This document shows positions 59,901-64,000 of a stretch of 64,000 bases of DNA, piece after piece. The first letter of the stretch is position 1. The number at the start of each line of letters is the position of its first letter. The position numbers were made by a program, and so were the translations under genes. The notes under the pieces were generated by a model, which was given only the letters and a program-made list of their open reading frames with translations, was not told the DNA's origin and searched no databases. The DNA is taken from NCBI RefSeq assembly GCF_964204645.1, contig NW_027437451.1, positions 1 to 64,000 of the forward strand, in the 5' to 3' direction. The DNA comes from Tubulanus polymorphus (taxonomy: Eukaryota; Animalia; Nemertea).

Positions 59901-62900
59901 TTGAGTCCATCATCTTCAGAACCAAAGGCGGCCAGAAAATTCTGATTCTTTCAACCAATCTATTGAAAATCAGTTCAGTACACCCTAACCCATCATTTAA
60001 GATAGAATTCATCATCTTTAGGACCCTATTTTGCAAGAAAAATTTGTATCTTTCAGTCCATCTACTCGAAATCAGTTCAGTTTACCTTAACCTATCATTT
60101 CAGATCGAGTCCATCATCTTCAGGCGCATAAATAGCCAGAAAATTCTTAATCTTTCCACCTATCTATTTGAAATCAGTTCAATACGCCTTAACCCATCTT
60201 TTCAGATTGAGTCCATCATCTTCAGAACCAAAGGCAGCCAGAAAATTCTGATTCGTTCCACCTATCTATTTGAAATCAGTTCAATACGCCTTAACACATC
60301 TTTTCAGATTGAATCCATCATCTTCAGAACCAAAAGCAGCCAGAAAATTCTGATTCTTTCAACCAATCTATTGAAAATCAGTTCAGTACACCCTAACCCA
60401 TCAATTAAGATAGAATTCATCATCTTTAGGACCCTATTTTTCAAGAAAAATTTGTATCTTTCAGTCCATCTACTCGAAATCAGTTCAGTTTACCTTAACC
60501 TATCATTTCAGATCGAGTCCATCATCTTCAGGCGCATAAATAGCCAGAAAATTCTTAATCTTACCACCTATCTATTTGAAATCAGTTCAATACGCCTTAA
60601 CCCATCTTTTCAGATTGAGTCCATCATCTTCAGAACCAAAGGCAGCCAGAAAATTCTGATTCTTTCCACCTATCTATTTGAAATCAGTTCAGTTCACCCT
60701 AACCCATCAATTAAGATAGAATTCATCATCTTTAGGACCCTATTTTGCAAGAAAAATCTGTATCTTTTAGTCCATCTACTCGAAATCAGTTCAGTTTACC
60801 TTAACCTATCATTTCAGATCGAGTCCATCATCTTCAGGAGCATAAATAGCCAGAAAATTCTTAATCTTTCCACCTATCTATTTGAAATCAGTTCAATACG
60901 CCTTAACCCATCTTTTCAGATTGAGTCCATCATCTTCAGAACCAAAGGCAGCCAGAAAATTCTGATTCTGTCAACCTATCTATTTGAAATCAGTTCAGTA
61001 CACCCTAACCCATCAATTAAGATAGAATTCATCATCTTTAGGACCCTATTTTGCAAGAAAAATCTGTATCTTTCAGTCCATCTACTCGAAATCAGTTCAG
61101 TTTACCTTAACCTATCATTTCAGATCGAGTCCATCATCTTCAGGAGCATAAGTACCCAGAAAATTCAGAATCTTTCCACCTATCTATTTGAAATCAGTTC
61201 AATACGCCTTAACCCATCTTTTCAGATAGAATCCATCATCTTCAGAACCAAAAGCAGCCAGAAAATTCTGATTCTTTCCACCTATCTATTTGAAATCAGT
61301 TCAGTACACCCCAACCCATCGATTAAGATAGAATTCGTCATCTTTAGGACCCTATTTTGCAAGAAAAATCTGTATCTTTTAGTCCATCTACTCGAAATCA
61401 GTTCAGTTTACCTTAACCTATCATTTCAGATCGAGTCCATCATCTTCAGGAGCATAAATAGCCAGAAAATTCTTAATCTTTCCACCTATCTATTTGAAAT
61501 CAGTTCAATACGCCTTAACCCATCTTTTCAGATTGAGTCCATCATCTTCAGAACCAAAGGCAGCCAGAAAATTCTGATTCTTATCTATATGAAATCAGTT
61601 TAGTACACCCTAACCCATCATTTAAGATAGAATTCATCATCTTTAGGACCATATTTTGCAAGAAAAATCTGTATCTTTCAGTCCATCTACTCGAAATCAG
61701 TTCAGTTTACCTTACCCTATCATTTCAGATCGAGTCCATCATCTTCAGGAGCATAAATAGCCAGAAAATTCTTAATCTTTCCACCTATCTATTTGAAATC
61801 AGTTCAATACGCCTTAACACATCTTTTCAGATTGAATCCATCATCTTCAGAACCAAAAGCAGCCAGAAAATTCTGATTCTTTCAACCTATCTATTTGAAA
61901 TCAGTTCAATTCGCCTAAACGCATCATTTCAGATTGAATCAATCAACTTCAGTAGTATAATTAGTCAGAAAATTCTGAATCTTTCAACCAATCTATTGAA
62001 AATCAGTTCAGTACACCCTAACCCATCAATTAAGATAGAATTCATCATTTTTAGAACCTAATTAATCAAGAAAAATCTGTTTCTTTCTTCCCATCTACTC
62101 GAAATCAGTTCAGTTTACCTTAACCTATCATTTCAGATCGAGTCCATCATCTTCAGGAGCATAAATAGCCAAAAAATTCTTAATCGTTCCACCTATCTAT
62201 TTGAAATCAGTTCAATACGCCTTAACCCATCTTTTCAGATTGAATCAATCAACTTCAGAAGTATAAGTAGTCAGAAAATTCTGAATCTTTCAACCAATCT
62301 ATTGAAAATCAGTTCAGTACACCCTAACCCAACAATTAAGATAGAATTCATCATCTTTAGGACCCTATTTTGCAAGAAAAATCTGTATCTTTCAGTCCAT
62401 CTACTCGAAATCAGTTCAGTTTACCTTAACCTATCATTTCAGATCGAGTCCATCATCTGCAGGAGCATAAATAGCCAGAAAATTCTTAATCTTTCCACCT
62501 ATCTATTTGAAATCAGTTCAATACGCCTTAACCCATCTTTTCAGATTGAATCCATCATCTTCAGAACCAAAGGCAGCAAGAAAATTCTGATTCTTTCAAC
62601 CTATCTATTGAAAATCAGTTCAGTACACCCTAACCCATCAATTTAGATAGAATTCATCATTTTTAGAACCTAATTAAGCAAGAAAAATCTGTTTCTTTCA
62701 TCCTATCTACTCGAAATCAGTTCAGTTTACCTTAAGCTATCATTTCAGATCGAGTCCATCATCTTCAGGAGCATAAATAGCCAGAAAATTCTTAATCTTT
62801 CCACCTATCTATTTGAAATCAGTTCAATACGCCTTAACCCATCTTTTCAGATTGAATCAATCAACTTCAGAAGTATAAGTAGTCAGAAAATTCTGATTCT

Positions 62901-64000
62901 TTCAACCTATCTATTTGAAATCAGTTCAATTCGCCTAAACGCATCATTTCAGATTGAATCAATCAACTTCAGTAGTATAATTAGTCAGAAAATTCTGAAT
63001 CTTTCAACCAATCTATTGAAAATCAGTTCAGTACACCCTAACCCAACAATTAAGATAGAATTCATCATCTTTAGGACCCTATTTTGCAAGAAAAATCTCT
63101 ATCTTTCAGTCCATCTACTCGAAATCAGTTCAGTTTACCTTAACATATCATTTCAGATCGAGTCCATCATCTTCAGGAGCATAAATAGCCAGAAAATTCT
63201 TAATCTTTCCACCTATCTATTTGAAATCAGTTCAATACGCCTTAACCCATCTTTTCAGATTGAGTCCATCATCTTCAGAACAAAGGGCAGCCAGAAAATT
63301 CTGATTCTTTCAACCTATCTATTGAAAATCAGTTCAGTTCACCCTAACCCATCAATTAAGATAGAATTCATCATCTTTAGGACCCTATTTTGCAAGAAAA
63401 ATCTGTATCTTTCAGTCCATCTACTCGAAATCAGTTCAGTTTACCTTAACCTATCATTTCAGATCGAGTCCATCATCTTCAGGAGCATAAGTACCCAGAA
63501 AATTCAGAATCTTTCCACCTATCTATTTGAAATCAGTTCAATACGCCTTAACCCATCTTTTCAGATTGAGTCCATCATCTTCAGAACCAAAGGCAGCCAG
63601 AAAATTCTGATTCTTTCCACCTATCTATTTGAAATCAGTTCAGTTCACCCTAACCCATCAATTAAGATAGAATTCGTCATCTTTAGGACCCTATTTTGCA
63701 AGAAAAATCTCTATCTTTCAGTCCATCTACTCGAAATCAGTTCAGTTTACCTTAACCTATCATTTCAGATCGAGTCCATCATCTTCAGGAGCATAAATAG
63801 CCAGAAAATTCTTAATCTTTCCACCTATCTATTTGAAATCAGTTCAATACGCCTTAACCCACCTTTTCAGATTGAATCAATCAACTTCAGAAGTATAAGT
63901 AGTCAGAAAATTCTGAATCTTTCAACCAATCTATTGAAAATCAGTTCAGTACACCCTAACCCAACAATTAAGATAGAATTCATCATCTTTAGGACCCTAT
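17972..64000. repeat. AT-rich satellite DNA: 102-bp monomers in a mostly 306-bp three-monomer higher-order repeat; continues past the window end
   Basis: GAAATCAGTTCA recurs every 102 bp (18048, 18150...); three main monomer types follow it with GTACACCCTAACCC, GTTTACCTTAACCT or ATACGCCTTAACCC; 34-aa periodicity in the spurious ORFs. Confidence 0.98.

Noticed and set aside
17904-62646. Long I/S/F/L-rich ORFs as protein-coding genes
   Set aside because: They are translations of a 102-bp satellite, mostly with non-ATG starts, interrupted by random stops and indels, with no recognisable domain.
17972-64000. CRISPR array (regularly spaced GAAATCAGTTCA)
   Set aside because: The intervening sequences are themselves repeated and homologous, there are no cas genes, and the context is eukaryotic.

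Overview
Eukaryotic, probably subtelomeric window with (CCCTAA)n on the + strand, which implies the chromosome end lies to the left. Bases 1-17971 are a head-to-tail array of a 5.06-kb Penelope-like retroelement (PLE): one copy cut by the window edge plus three full copies, each ending in a short telomeric tract. Each full copy carries an AT-rich 5' region, a TATA box, a minimal hammerhead ribozyme and ORF1 (basic N-terminus, Pro/Ser-rich linker, SGNH hydrolase). A U_UUA_AAC slippery site plus hairpin would frameshift ORF1 into ORF2 (PLE reverse transcriptase, Cys-rich linker, intact GIY-YIG endonuclease). Between copies 3 and 4 is a tandem dimer (353-bp period) of a tRNA-headed non-autonomous element that shares a bipartite 3' motif with the PLE, i.e. 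a candidate PLE-mobilised telomeric SINE. The innermost PLE joins, exactly at a CCCTAACCC motif, a 102-bp-monomer / 306-bp higher-order satellite that fills 17972-64000. The long ORFs over the satellite are treated as artefacts. All calls were made by eye; RNA-level mechanisms are inference.
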